Under the pieces are notes generated by a model that made no database searches, was not told the DNA's origin, and saw nothing but the letters and a program-made list of their open reading frames with translations. Below, piece after piece: positions 29,540-38,029 of a stretch of DNA of 64,000 nucleotides (within the stretch, counting starts at the first letter, position 1; each line of letters begins with the position of its first letter). Both the position numbers and the translations under genes were made by a program. This stretch comes from a virus: positions 35,986-99,985 of the IMG/VR virus record IMGVR_UViG_3300045988_173642; one strand, given 5' to 3'.

Positions 29540-31099
29540 TCAAAATCCGCGTACCAGTACGCGAGCAGCGTTTTTGCCAATCAATTCGGCAAGCAAGTTC
29601 ATCAAGTTCTCGTAATCCGTCTTGTTCTTTGGGTCATCGCAAGCCGCATTAAAGGCATTCAACGTTTCCCGGTCGGCAAAACGGATAGACATGAAACCTG
29701 CGGCATTGGCACCATAATGACGCGCCTGCAACAATAACGGCTTCAAGCTGCCTTCATACCTTGACAGTAAAATCTTCCATTCTTGGGCGTATTTGCCGGG
29801 GAAATCTTCGATTTTTTTCGTCTGTGCCGTTTTACTTGAAGCATCCAACAGACTGAACAAGTCAGGTTCTACGGACAAAACTGCTTTACGACTATGGTCT
29901 TTCAACCATTGTTCCAAGACATGGAAAACCAATCCTTCATGTGTTCCGCCCCATTGTCTGGGGCGTTCAACGGCCTTTGGAAGTCCGTTATAGGCAAAAG
30001 TCTTAAACTCACTCCAAAGAATTTCCGGAACAGAGACAACAAATGATTTGAGTTTTTCTTCGTCAAGGCTCGGATAAACGCCCATGATTTTTTCGCATAC
30101 ACGCTTAACCGAGGTGTTACGATGCAGGTTTAAATCACGTGCGACACCAAGCGGTGTACGCTTAATATGGAATCTGATCTTATCAGGATTGCCGCGTTTC
30201 GCTTTTCCCGTGTAAACGGGTTCATATCCTTCGGGACATTCATCCGTAGACTCCAACATGATTTCGATCTTGTTTTCTTTACATAACCGAACCATATCAT
30301 TTCTGGCTACGTTGAGCACTTGTGTGCGGAATCTTGCAAACTTCTGGTATTTATCCTTGGCTATGACGTCTGATTTCGGCATTCTCTCGAAAATACCTAA
30401 GAAATCCTTCAATTCAAAATAATCTATAACAGGGTGCATCTGACCTTTGCTGACATATTTCATCAACAACAGATAAAGGCGTGAAGTGAACACTGAATTA
30501 CAGAACAAAGCAATATGCTCAAGATGATTGAAATAACCATGACTCATGCCGAATATCGCCATTGCAGCTTCAACATTGATGGTCACTTCAACGAATCCAT
30601 CACGCCTTAACACATTCGATGATTTCCCTTCTTCGGTATCACCAGGGTATGTATTTCCCTCTTTAGATGAAACGCTTTGCGGAACGAAAACCCTGCTGAA
30701 TATCGGCATATAATCATCACCTTTCCTCAATCCTGTTTCCAAATCAAAACGAGGTAAATGAAAAGTAATATCTGTAATCTCCTTAATTTTCTCCACTAAT
30801 TCATTATAATGGTTATATACTCCCAATTCGGACAAACTCAAACGGATAGGTCCCATCTTCAGTAAATCTTCTTTAGATATGCCACCTTGCGGGTATTGAT
30901 CATTCAAAAAACGCCGTTCGTCCAAATATTTAGTGAAATGGCTTTGCAATTTACCGCTTACATGCAACATAACATTTTGCTGGCACAACGAAAAACTCTT
31001 GCAAAATTTCGTATAAGATACAGGAGTAATTATCCAGTTATGATGCTCCAACGCAGACTTAACATCAATTTCTTCTTCTTTTTTATTCTTCTTAGCCAT
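29540..31099 (-). CDS. rep: plasmid-type replication initiator (Rep_3/RepB-like)
   Basis: 519 aa. The iteron array starts 45 nt upstream of its ATG. NSVFTSRLYLLLMKY resembles the Rep_3 signature S.YS.RLYELL. Confidence 0.65.
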   Translation of the reverse strand: MAKKNKKEEEIDVKSALEHHNWIITPVSYTKFCKSFSLCQQNVMLHVSGKLQSHFTKYLDERRFLNDQYPQGGISKEDLLKMGPIRLSLSELGVYNHYNELVEKIKEITDITFHLPRFDLETGLRKGDDYMPIFSRVFVPQSVSSKEGNTYPGDTEEGKSSNVLRRDGFVEVTINVEAAMAIFGMSHGYFNHLEHIALFCNSVFTSRLYLLLMKYVSKGQMHPVIDYFELKDFLGIFERMPKSDVIAKDKYQKFARFRTQVLNVARNDMVRLCKENKIEIMLESTDECPEGYEPVYTGKAKRGNPDKIRFHIKRTPLGVARDLNLHRNTSVKRVCEKIMGVYPSLDEEKLKSFVVSVPEILWSEFKTFAYNGLPKAVERPRQWGGTHEGLVFHVLEQWLKDHSRKAVLSVEPDLFSLLDASSKTAQTKKIEDFPGKYAQEWKILLSRYEGSLKPLLLQARHYGANAAGFMSIRFADRETLNAFNAACDDPKNKTDYENLMNLLAELIGKNAARVLVRGF

Positions 31100-31143
31100 G
31101 ATTTCCTATTATTTTTCGTTTCAATATTACATGCTGCAAATTT

Positions 31144-31231
31144 TCCCTCCCTATTTATGTACCAACTCCTCCCTATTTATGTACCAACTCCTCCCTATTT
31201 ATGTACCAACTCCTCCCTATTTATGTACCTC
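31144..31231 (+). repeat. four tandem 22-bp iterons (CTCCTCCCTATTTATGTACCAA)
   Basis: Head-to-tail copies at 31144, 31166, 31188 and 31210. The inner two are identical; the outer two differ at their ends. Confidence 0.95.
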
Positions 31232-31397
31232 ATTGCACATAACTTTCTGATTTCAAGCGCATTGTGACCCGCGTAAAATAATATAATATAAATAAGGAAA
31301 ATCTCTTTTTTTATTAAAAAGGAAGAAGGAACCAATATTATATTATATTATATTACGCAATTTACAACGGGCTGAATATTAATATGTTAAGCTTAAT

Positions 31398-31485
31398 GAG
31401 GTACATAAATAGGGAGGAGTTGGTACATAAATAGGGAGGAGTTGGTACATAAAAGAGGAGGAGTTGGTACATAAATAGGGAGGTC
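31398..31485 (-). repeat. four tandem 22-bp iterons in inverted orientation
   Basis: TTGGTACATAAATAGGGAGGAG copies at 31398, 31420, 31442 (two mismatches) and 31464. Confidence 0.95.
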
Positions 31486-31491
31486 TATGCA

Positions 31492-31563
31492 AGGTAAACT
31501 ATCTTAGTAGAAGTTTACCTCATTCGCCGATAGAAGGTAAACCATCTTAGTAAGAGTTTACCT
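31492..31563. repeat. two palindromic sites AGGTAAAC-N13-GTTTACCT
   Basis: Sites at 31492-31520 and 31535-31563. A lone GTTTACCT half-site recurs at 32314-32321, at the stop of the RHH gene. Confidence 0.8.
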
Positions 31564-31678
31564 CAATCCTCCAACTTATTCCGTCTCAGAAACTCAATCA
31601 CGGCACGCAAGGCAAAATCACGGCGGGGGATGCCGGTGCGGATTTTGAGGAAGATATTTGCCGGTCTACGAAAAATCA
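31563..31678 (-). pseudogene. remnant of an RHH-protein 3' end (partial duplicate of 32321..32433)
   Basis: Translates without any Met as RFVIFRRPANIFLKIRTGIPRRDFALRAVIEFLRRNKLED*, versus ...ISFLKIRTGIPIRDLALQAVIEFLERNKLED* in the intact gene. About 125 bp at roughly 75-80 percent identity. Confidence 0.7.
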
Positions 31679-32275
31679 CAAATCGTCATAATTATTTTTT
31701 TCGTTTTTATTAAAATTGGCGACATCACAATAGGAGAGACTGATGCGATAGTATTTTTCATGAATGCCATCTGGCAGGATAGTAGTCTGTATGATGAGCC
31801 CCATCAGATTCTTTTTTTCTTTGTCAAATATGCGAAATTGAATGCCATTGGCGTCGCCATCGCTATTTTTTGACAAACCAAGCACAGCGTCAGGATATTT
31901 CTCCTTTAATTGAGCCGCAATATCAACAAATTGCGATTTTACCGATTCCAATGTAGGGTACTCTATGTCGACTACCACTGAAAATACAGTTTTATCTTTT
32001 GAGTTAAACATTATCATAAATTCAGCATCCTCCCCCATAAATACTCCTTTGTAATATTTCGTACCAGAAGGAGCTACTTTTGTTTTCGCAACATCGCAAG
32101 TAAGTCCTTTGGCTTTTAACTTCTGCGTAAACAAATCTACATGCCCGGTTAATGGAATACCCATGAATTTCATGTGTGCCTGTCCTTGCACCATCAGACA
32201 GAACAAAGACAGCATTAAAGTAACTATGATTTTTTTCATTGTTGTTTTAAATTTTATGGTTATTAATATTTTCAA
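31676..32275 (-). CDS. secreted protein, paralog of 28928..29530
   Basis: Signal peptide MKKIIVTLMLSLFCLMVQGQA (probable start at Met13, about 32239) and the shared FMGIPL.G block. Confidence 0.65.
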   Translation of the reverse strand: MKILITIKFKTTMKKIIVTLMLSLFCLMVQGQAHMKFMGIPLTGHVDLFTQKLKAKGLTCDVAKTKVAPSGTKYYKGVFMGEDAEFMIMFNSKDKTVFSVVVDIEYPTLESVKSQFVDIAAQLKEKYPDAVLGLSKNSDGDANGIQFRIFDKEKKNLMGLIIQTTILPDGIHEKYYRISLSYCDVANFNKNEKNNYDDL

Positions 32276-32320
32276 TAATATGGCAAATATGTCTGCCAGT
32301 TTGTATAGTAAGGGTTTACC

Positions 32321-32788
32321 TCAATCCTCCAACTTATTCCGCTCCAAGAACTCAATCACGGCCTGTAAAGCCAAGTCGCGGATGGGGATGCCCGTACGGA
32401 TTTTTAGGAAAGAAATTTGTCTGTAATATTTCATCGACACTTTAATACTGATGCCTGCTTCTGATTTCTGCGACTTGGTTGCCAATGTAGGCAAGGGAGT
32501 TGATTCGTTTTGTACAGCTGCCATTTCTTCTTCTTTTGTTTCTTGATTTGTTTCCTGGTTTGTCTCTTGGTTTGTTCCCTGAACAACTGCTTCTGGTTCT
32601 ATCACTTCACCCTGGGCTGATTCCGCTTCGGTTGCCTGATGCAATGCAGGAACGTCATCCTTCGTCGTTGATTGCACTTTATCGCCCGATTGTCCCAAGC
32701 AATTTGCATGATCCATCGCGCCGTCAATTACCTGCGCACATGGGGTTTTGTCAATTTGGAAGTTATTATTACTTGCTTTTCGTGCCAT
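32321..32788 (-). CDS. ribbon-helix-helix protein, candidate centromere-binding partner of ParA (ParG/CopG-like)
   Basis: 155 aa directly downstream of parA. The C-terminal KVSMKYYRQISFLKIRTGIPIRDLALQAVIEFLERN fits a strand-helix-helix fold; there is an acidic NQETNQETNQET repeat linker. Confidence 0.5.
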   Translation of the reverse strand: MARKASNNNFQIDKTPCAQVIDGAMDHANCLGQSGDKVQSTTKDDVPALHQATEAESAQGEVIEPEAVVQGTNQETNQETNQETKEEEMAAVQNESTPLPTLATKSQKSEAGISIKVSMKYYRQISFLKIRTGIPIRDLALQAVIEFLERNKLED

Positions 32789-32821
32789 GTTGATTAAATG
32801 TTTTCGTGGTTATTATTCCTA

Positions 32822-33694
32822 TTATTCTGGCATACTTTCCAGTAATTCGATGGTGAACTGCTTATAGTCCAATCCAACGCGACTATAAGGCGCATAGGTA
32901 AATATATCCTCATTTAACGCCTGCGCTTCCACCATCTTTGTATCACGGCGTGTATAAGAATCAAACATATAGTCGTTGAACTTGCCACCGAGGTATTGTT
33001 TAAACTGCTTCGTCGCATTCGTCTGGTCGTTGCTCATGACCATCAATAAGCCGCGAACCTCCAAGTAAGGGTTCAAATCTTCACGTGTCTCACTGACCGC
33101 CGCAATGATGTCGGCAATGCCCTTCGTTGCCAACATCTCCAGCTGCACGGGCAATACCACGCTCGAAGCGGCCGTTAAGGCATTAAACGTCAACAGAGAC
33201 ATGGCTGGCGGGCAGTCAATCAAAATGTAGTCAAAGGCATCCAACGCATGGGTAACGCCCTCTCCTGCCAGTTCGTTGCCTTTCATTTCCTTCAGCGGCC
33301 GGGAAAGGATTTTACAAAGGGCTTTTCTGGGTACGGACATTTGATTCAAAAACGGGTCAATGCCAATCAGTTTTCCACTCGCTGGCGCAAGATAGATGCC
33401 TTCACGCATTTGGTAAACAGGTAACTGACCCTGCTGCACAATTGCATCATAAACCGTTGGTAAATCCGCACTCTGCATCTCGCTCCAGCCAAACAGGAAG
33501 GAGACACAAGCCTGCGGGTCAAGATCAATAATTAAAACACGTGGAAGACAGGATGACCCGTCGGCGTTCTTGCCAAAATATCCCTTGCCAAATCTTCTGA
33601 GGCCCGTTGCAAGGCTTTGCACCGTTGTCGTCTTGCCCACCCCACCCTTGTGGTTGACAAAGGCAAGCACTTCTTTTAATCGCTTAGTTTCCAT
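32822..33694 (-). CDS. parA: ParA/Soj-family partition ATPase
   Basis: Deviant Walker A FVNHKGGVGKTTTV, plus IIDLDPQ and LIDCPP motifs. Confidence 0.9.
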   Translation of the reverse strand: METKRLKEVLAFVNHKGGVGKTTTVQSLATGLRRFGKGYFGKNADGSSCLPRVLIIDLDPQACVSFLFGWSEMQSADLPTVYDAIVQQGQLPVYQMREGIYLAPASGKLIGIDPFLNQMSVPRKALCKILSRPLKEMKGNELAGEGVTHALDAFDYILIDCPPAMSLLTFNALTAASSVVLPVQLEMLATKGIADIIAAVSETREDLNPYLEVRGLLMVMSNDQTNATKQFKQYLGGKFNDYMFDSYTRRDTKMVEAQALNEDIFTYAPYSRVGLDYKQFTIELLESMPE

Positions 33695-34031
33695 TTTTCG
33701 CTTAATGTTAGTGTTCTTTTAAATGTTTGTTCATTGATTTGTTGAAACAAATAAACGAACAAATAAACAAATAAATGAACGAATGTTTGTTTAAACAATT
33801 CAACAAAAATATGATTGAATAATTAAATAGCCGATTTACAGACCATTAATCATTATTGTTGTCTCATTTCGATTACAAATTTAAATATTATAATTCATTT
33901 GAGCAAATAAATTCATGAATATTTGTTTGATTGTTTGTTTATTTAGTTGTATGTTTGTTGAAACAATTAAATAAATAAATAATTAAACAAATAAACAAAC
34001 GAATAAATGAATGTTTGTTTGCTTGTTTAAA
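33695..34031. repeat. AT-rich repeat arrays upstream of parA (candidate centromere/operator region)
   Basis: Two related blocks (33720-33800 and 33940-34030) made of ATGTTTGTT (4 copies), GTTGAAACAA (2 copies) and AAATAAACAAA/ACGAA words flank a central segment that carries a promoter box. Confidence 0.55.
33876..33883 (-). promoter_or_regulatory. Bacteroidota -7 box (TAAATTTG on the minus strand) with a -33 TTTG
   Basis: Plus strand caaattta, with CAAA at 33904-33907 (20-nt spacer). This would give parA a leader of about 175 nt that crosses one repeat block. Confidence 0.5.
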
Positions 34032-34670
34032 TCAATTGTCCCACTTATCGTTGATAGTGATGTAAACTGCACTGCTTTCCGCAATGCGTTCGGAGCGAAT
34101 GGGCAAGATGCAGTAGTTTGTCTTCTGTCCTGCTTTCGTCACATTGCCATGAGGCACAAAGGTGTAATAGTCGCCTGTACCAAACTGAGTGCTGTCAAGT
34201 TGGTAATTCCGGTCTTCTGGCGCATCGTAGCAGAGGATGCGCTGTCGGCTGTTCCAATAATCAGACGGAAGAGACACGTTTTTCAGTAGCGCCACGACCT
34301 CTAATTTCCTCGGGATTCTATAACGCGAGCCGTGCAACAACACGGAAGGGCTGGGCAAATCAAACAGGCGCACATCGGTGATTTCGTTTCGCGCAACATA
34401 GAACTTCGCCGTGTCGTTTTGCGCAATCATGATTTCGTCTGGCGTATCGCCAGGGTAGGTGCCGCCTCCTGGCTCCTCGGTTGGTGGTTCTTCTTCGTCA
34501 TCGTTGAAAACAATAGGGTGATAGCAGGCAGACAACAAGCAGGCTGCGAAACAAGTAGTGAACAATGCGAAAATCTTCATGAGATGGAATTGTGGATTTA
34601 ATGATGAAACGGACAGGGCGCCTGCAATCAGACGTAAACATTTAAAACGAAAAGCATCCGGCAAACGCAT
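34032..34670 (-). CDS. lipoprotein, hypothetical (likely start at 34580)
   Basis: The internal Met gives MKIFALFTTCFAACLLSAC, a signal peptide plus lipobox. Confidence 0.6.
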   Translation of the reverse strand: MRLPDAFRFKCLRLIAGALSVSSLNPQFHLMKIFALFTTCFAACLLSACYHPIVFNDDEEEPPTEEPGGGTYPGDTPDEIMIAQNDTAKFYVARNEITDVRLFDLPSPSVLLHGSRYRIPRKLEVVALLKNVSLPSDYWNSRQRILCYDAPEDRNYQLDSTQFGTGDYYTFVPHGNVTKAGQKTNYCILPIRSERIAESSAVYITINDKWDN

Positions 34671-34709
34671 GAGCGTTAACTCACGCCTCGCCAGATGCTC
34701 TTGGTTGTT

Positions 34710-35663
34710 TTAGATTTGAATTTCGTTGCCTTCGGCGCTCCAAGCGTCGTTCAACGTAATAGAAAGGCCCTGCTGATGATTGTAGAATGAGCCTGTAATG
34801 GTTGTCACCTTGTTGCGCTCCAGCTTCACGCCCGGCACTGTGATTGTGGAGAAGGGCGTGCCTTGTTTCCGATTGGTAGTGAAGGTGACATCGGTAGTGT
34901 AGCCTTCTTCTGGCACAAGCAAAAAATAAGAAACAGTAGTTCCTTTCTTGCCTGCCAACGACGATACGTCTGAAATCCTCTGATTTTTCACCTTCCCGAT
35001 GACGGAGAAGTCGGCAAAAGAAAACTGCCGGTATTCGTCTAAGTCAACATCGATGGTGGAGCAATCGGCTGGAAACTCATCGGTGCTGTTCACTTTAAGG
35101 CGTGCCACCAATCGGTCTAACACTATGCTGACGGCCTGACTTTGCCCAATGCCCACCGTCACCTCTTTCAGAGCGCCGAAACTATCTGAGGTCTTGTCGC
35201 TCGTCCAGCAAACTGGCACGGAAGCGGATGAAACAGGCGTCAGAATGTTGGGAGTTAACGCCCATGGTGATGCTGCTGCATCCAACAACGAGGGCGACAC
35301 ACTGGCCGTTGCCACCACTTTCAAAACGTGATCGCCGTAATCCAACGTTAAATCGGGTTCGGCAAAATCGTCCGCCGTGCTTGTCTGGTGCAGCACTTGC
35401 AACAAGCGGCCCGACGCTTTGTCGTAGTCGAAGATGTAGAGGTCGGTGAGTTCTCTGCCGTTGGCTGTCAGTACGGCGCGTGGCGCAATGCCTTGCGGCG
35501 TTCCCTTCGCCTGGCTTCCAGCCTTAAATCCGCAAACGAGTTTGATGTGTGCCTTGCCTGCAGGTGTTGTTTCGCCACCTGGTTCAAGGGGTGTGGCTTC
35601 ATTGTCGCATGATGTGACCACACACATGGTGGCCATCATCGCCGAAAAAAGGATATTCTTCAT
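34710..35663 (-). CDS. lipoprotein, possibly a fimbrillin-like (FimB/Mfa2-type) fold
   Basis: MKNILFSAMMATMCVVTSC contains a lipobox. The beta-rich body with LVARLKVNSTDEFPADCSTIDVDLDE resembles Bacteroidales fimbrial subunits at pattern level only. Confidence 0.4.
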   Translation of the reverse strand: MKNILFSAMMATMCVVTSCDNEATPLEPGGETTPAGKAHIKLVCGFKAGSQAKGTPQGIAPRAVLTANGRELTDLYIFDYDKASGRLLQVLHQTSTADDFAEPDLTLDYGDHVLKVVATASVSPSLLDAAASPWALTPNILTPVSSASVPVCWTSDKTSDSFGALKEVTVGIGQSQAVSIVLDRLVARLKVNSTDEFPADCSTIDVDLDEYRQFSFADFSVIGKVKNQRISDVSSLAGKKGTTVSYFLLVPEEGYTTDVTFTTNRKQGTPFSTITVPGVKLERNKVTTITGSFYNHQQGLSITLNDAWSAEGNEIQI

Positions 35664-35745
35664 GATTATTGATTAATTGATTAAGTAAATAAATTAATGT
35701 TTTATGCAAAAAATCTGCATAATATGCTAATTTGTTGACTTCTCG

Positions 35746-37443
35746 TCATCGCGTGCAGGCAAATCCACCTGCAATCAACGGGAACAAGAAGAAGGGCAAA
35801 CCAAACAACGACAAGGCCGCGGAGAGGGCAATAAATGCCAGCACCCAGGTCAGCAATTGACAGAGGATGTTTTTAGGCTTTAACCGCTCGCGCCTGGCCC
35901 TTTCCCGTTCTTCGCGTTCTTCGCGTTCAAATTCTGCGTCTCTCTTCTTAAAGTACTCCTCGTCGTCCACCATAATGTAATGGCGCTTTGGTTGACGTTT
36001 TTTAGGTACATCAAACATGGCTTTCAGCCGTTCTAATTCGGCCTCGTATTCTGGCGTGCCTTCTTGGTCGACGACGGCACGTTCAAGGGCGATAACTTGT
36101 TGTTCGTCTACGGCTTCATCCGCCGCAGGCGAATCCGTAGTTACCGCAGGCGCATCCGCCGTTATTTCAAGGGCGGTAACTTGTTCCGCCGTAGGCGCAT
36201 CTTCCATTATGGCAGGCGCATCCGCCACATTCTCCTGCACTTGTTCTGGCTTTTGAATCTCTGAGACGACCGATTCTTCCACCCTTCCATCTACACACAC
36301 AATCACGTCACCGTGCAGACTCACTTCAATCTGGCATCCAGGACTCAATCTCTTCGACATAAAAGAGCGTTCACTGCCGCAGTTGGCATGGGCAAAACGG
36401 TGCCCATTCATTTCCACTTCGTCAAAGTCGGCCACATAAGTGACCTTACCCGTCTTTTCGCCAATGGTGGTATGATACCAACGGTAAATGGTTACGGCCT
36501 TGTGTATCGGGCGAAATTTAAACGCGCAGTTGAATTTCGCATCATGATTTGTGCAGCCAATGCGGTCATAAACCGCGTAATCATCAAACTTAAATACCAG
36601 TCCATCGGTCGGCCACGGCAACTCGGCACGGCGCGTTTCGGCTTCACACACAATTTGCTCCACCGCCTGCTCCAACTCTGCCATGTTGCCATTGAAATGA
36701 AAACCATCCACCATGCCTGAAATCAAGAACCCAAGGCGCTCCAGTTCACGCATCGCATCGCATTGTGTAGAGTAAGCGTCCGACAGCAAGCGGAAAGGGT
36801 GGAACTCCAACAGGCGACAATCGGCAGCCACGGCTATTTTCTTTGACATGATGCCGTTGCTCGTCACGCGCGGTGATTTCCCAGCCTTGCTATAACGAGA
36901 GAAGGTGTCAAGAGAAATGATCACCTCCCCGCGTACCTCCGTGCGAGGTGTGTCGCGCCAGGCTTCCACATATCCAGGCACGCCCTGCACGTGGCGAATG
37001 TGCGCCAAACAGTCGTTGCCCATCAACTCTTTTCCGTGGCCGTAGGTAGCTTCAGCAAGATGCCCATTAATATATACAAGTGCCACCGTTTCGCCGTCAA
37101 ATTTCCATTCGACATCGATAAAGACATCTTCAAGACGTGCAGCCGTCTGCTGCGCTTTAAGGTATTTCACCATGTCTGCCGCGGTATGCACTTTCTTCAT
37201 AGATAGGCAGGGCGTGCGGCGTGCCACGGTGCGTTTCCCGTTCCCGTTCTCGCTATAGCACGTCTGCGTCGGCGAATCGGCCAACACGTCCTCCGGGTGC
37301 TTGTCCTCATATTCCTGCAAGGCAAAATAAAGCGCATCATACGCTTCGTCGCTGATTTCCGGCGCATTCAGCGTAAAATATAGGTAATCGTGCTTTTTAA
37401 CCTGGTCAACGGCAGCACAATAGTCTTTCTGTGTCTCAATCAT
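35746..37443 (-). CDS. NAD-dependent DNA ligase (LigA)-like adenylation+OB core fused to an acidic repeat region and a C-terminal membrane anchor
   Basis: HDYLYFTLNAPEISDEAYDALYFALQEYEDKHPE..DSPTQ, KxDG motif VEWKFDGETVAL, EVRGEV, DGLVFKFDD and AFKF are present. There is no Zn-finger, HhH or BRCT. The tail has ADAPA-type repeats, a basic EREEREERERARRERLK stretch, then LTWVLAFIALSAALSLFGLPFFLFPLIAGGF. Confidence 0.7.
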   Translation of the reverse strand: MIETQKDYCAAVDQVKKHDYLYFTLNAPEISDEAYDALYFALQEYEDKHPEDVLADSPTQTCYSENGNGKRTVARRTPCLSMKKVHTAADMVKYLKAQQTAARLEDVFIDVEWKFDGETVALVYINGHLAEATYGHGKELMGNDCLAHIRHVQGVPGYVEAWRDTPRTEVRGEVIISLDTFSRYSKAGKSPRVTSNGIMSKKIAVAADCRLLEFHPFRLLSDAYSTQCDAMRELERLGFLISGMVDGFHFNGNMAELEQAVEQIVCEAETRRAELPWPTDGLVFKFDDYAVYDRIGCTNHDAKFNCAFKFRPIHKAVTIYRWYHTTIGEKTGKVTYVADFDEVEMNGHRFAHANCGSERSFMSKRLSPGCQIEVSLHGDVIVCVDGRVEESVVSEIQKPEQVQENVADAPAIMEDAPTAEQVTALEITADAPAVTTDSPAADEAVDEQQVIALERAVVDQEGTPEYEAELERLKAMFDVPKKRQPKRHYIMVDDEEYFKKRDAEFEREEREERERARRERLKPKNILCQLLTWVLAFIALSAALSLFGLPFFLFPLIAGGFACTR

Positions 37444-37490
37444 GTCAAATATAATGTTAGTGTTTCTAATTTGTGTCTATAACTGGAGGA

Positions 37491-37961
37491 TCAATCCGCC
37501 TCAAACCAGAACTGGTCGTACTTAACAGCATCGATGGCGGCTGCAACGTTGTCGGCTATTGGATGACCGATGTCTAATTTCGCGTAAACGCTTAAGCGGG
37601 CACCAGATTTGAAGAAAAGCATCATCGCATCTTCTTCAAAATCGCCGCCCTCTTCCGGCGCCCAAAATTGGTAACTCTCCACTTCGCGAGCATCAAAAGT
37701 CAATATACTACCGTCGCAGTCTGACTCTTCGTCAAATCTACGCGCGGAGATATATGGCCACACTCTTTGTCGTTCGCTCTTCGCCGTTCCCTCCTGCTTA
37801 TCCGGAGAAACGGCCATAATTGCGCGGATGGTGTCAGTCAGATATTTGCTGCCACCATGTCCAAAAATCCATTGATGCACATCGTCGGGCACCACATATT
37901 GATGCTTTCGGCCTTCAGCGGCAGGACGACCGACCTTCGCGTTTGTTTCGTTGTTGTTCAT
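37491..37961 (-). CDS. hypothetical protein
   Basis: 156-aa ORF with a basic N-terminus (KVGRPAAEGRK) and an acidic C-terminal half. Confidence 0.6.
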   Translation of the reverse strand: MNNNETNAKVGRPAAEGRKHQYVVPDDVHQWIFGHGGSKYLTDTIRAIMAVSPDKQEGTAKSERQRVWPYISARRFDEESDCDGSILTFDAREVESYQFWAPEEGGDFEEDAMMLFFKSGARLSVYAKLDIGHPIADNVAAAIDAVKYDQFWFEAD

Positions 37962-38019
37962 GTTCGTGTTATTTTTTAATTTTAATCTGCATTTTTTTGC
38001 TTGACAAAAATAAATTTAT

Positions 38020-38027
38020 TATCTTTG
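38020..38027 (+). promoter_or_regulatory. Bacteroidota promoter (-7 TATCTTTG; -33 TTTG at 37996-37999)
   Basis: Exact TAnnTTTG with a 20-nt spacer to TTTG. Confidence 0.65.
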
Positions 38028-38029
38028 CA

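Larger units (their letters stand above)
31100..31565. other. iteron-type origin of replication (oriV)
   Basis: Two opposed sets of four 22-bp iterons flank a 166-bp very AT-rich core that contains aataatataatataaataagg / aaccaatattatattatattatatta. Two 29-bp palindromes follow. Confidence 0.7.

Noticed and set aside
31144-31485. Possible CRISPR array
   Set aside because: The repeats are directly abutting with no spacers, occur in two inverted sets, sit next to a Rep gene, and no cas genes are present. This is an iteron origin.
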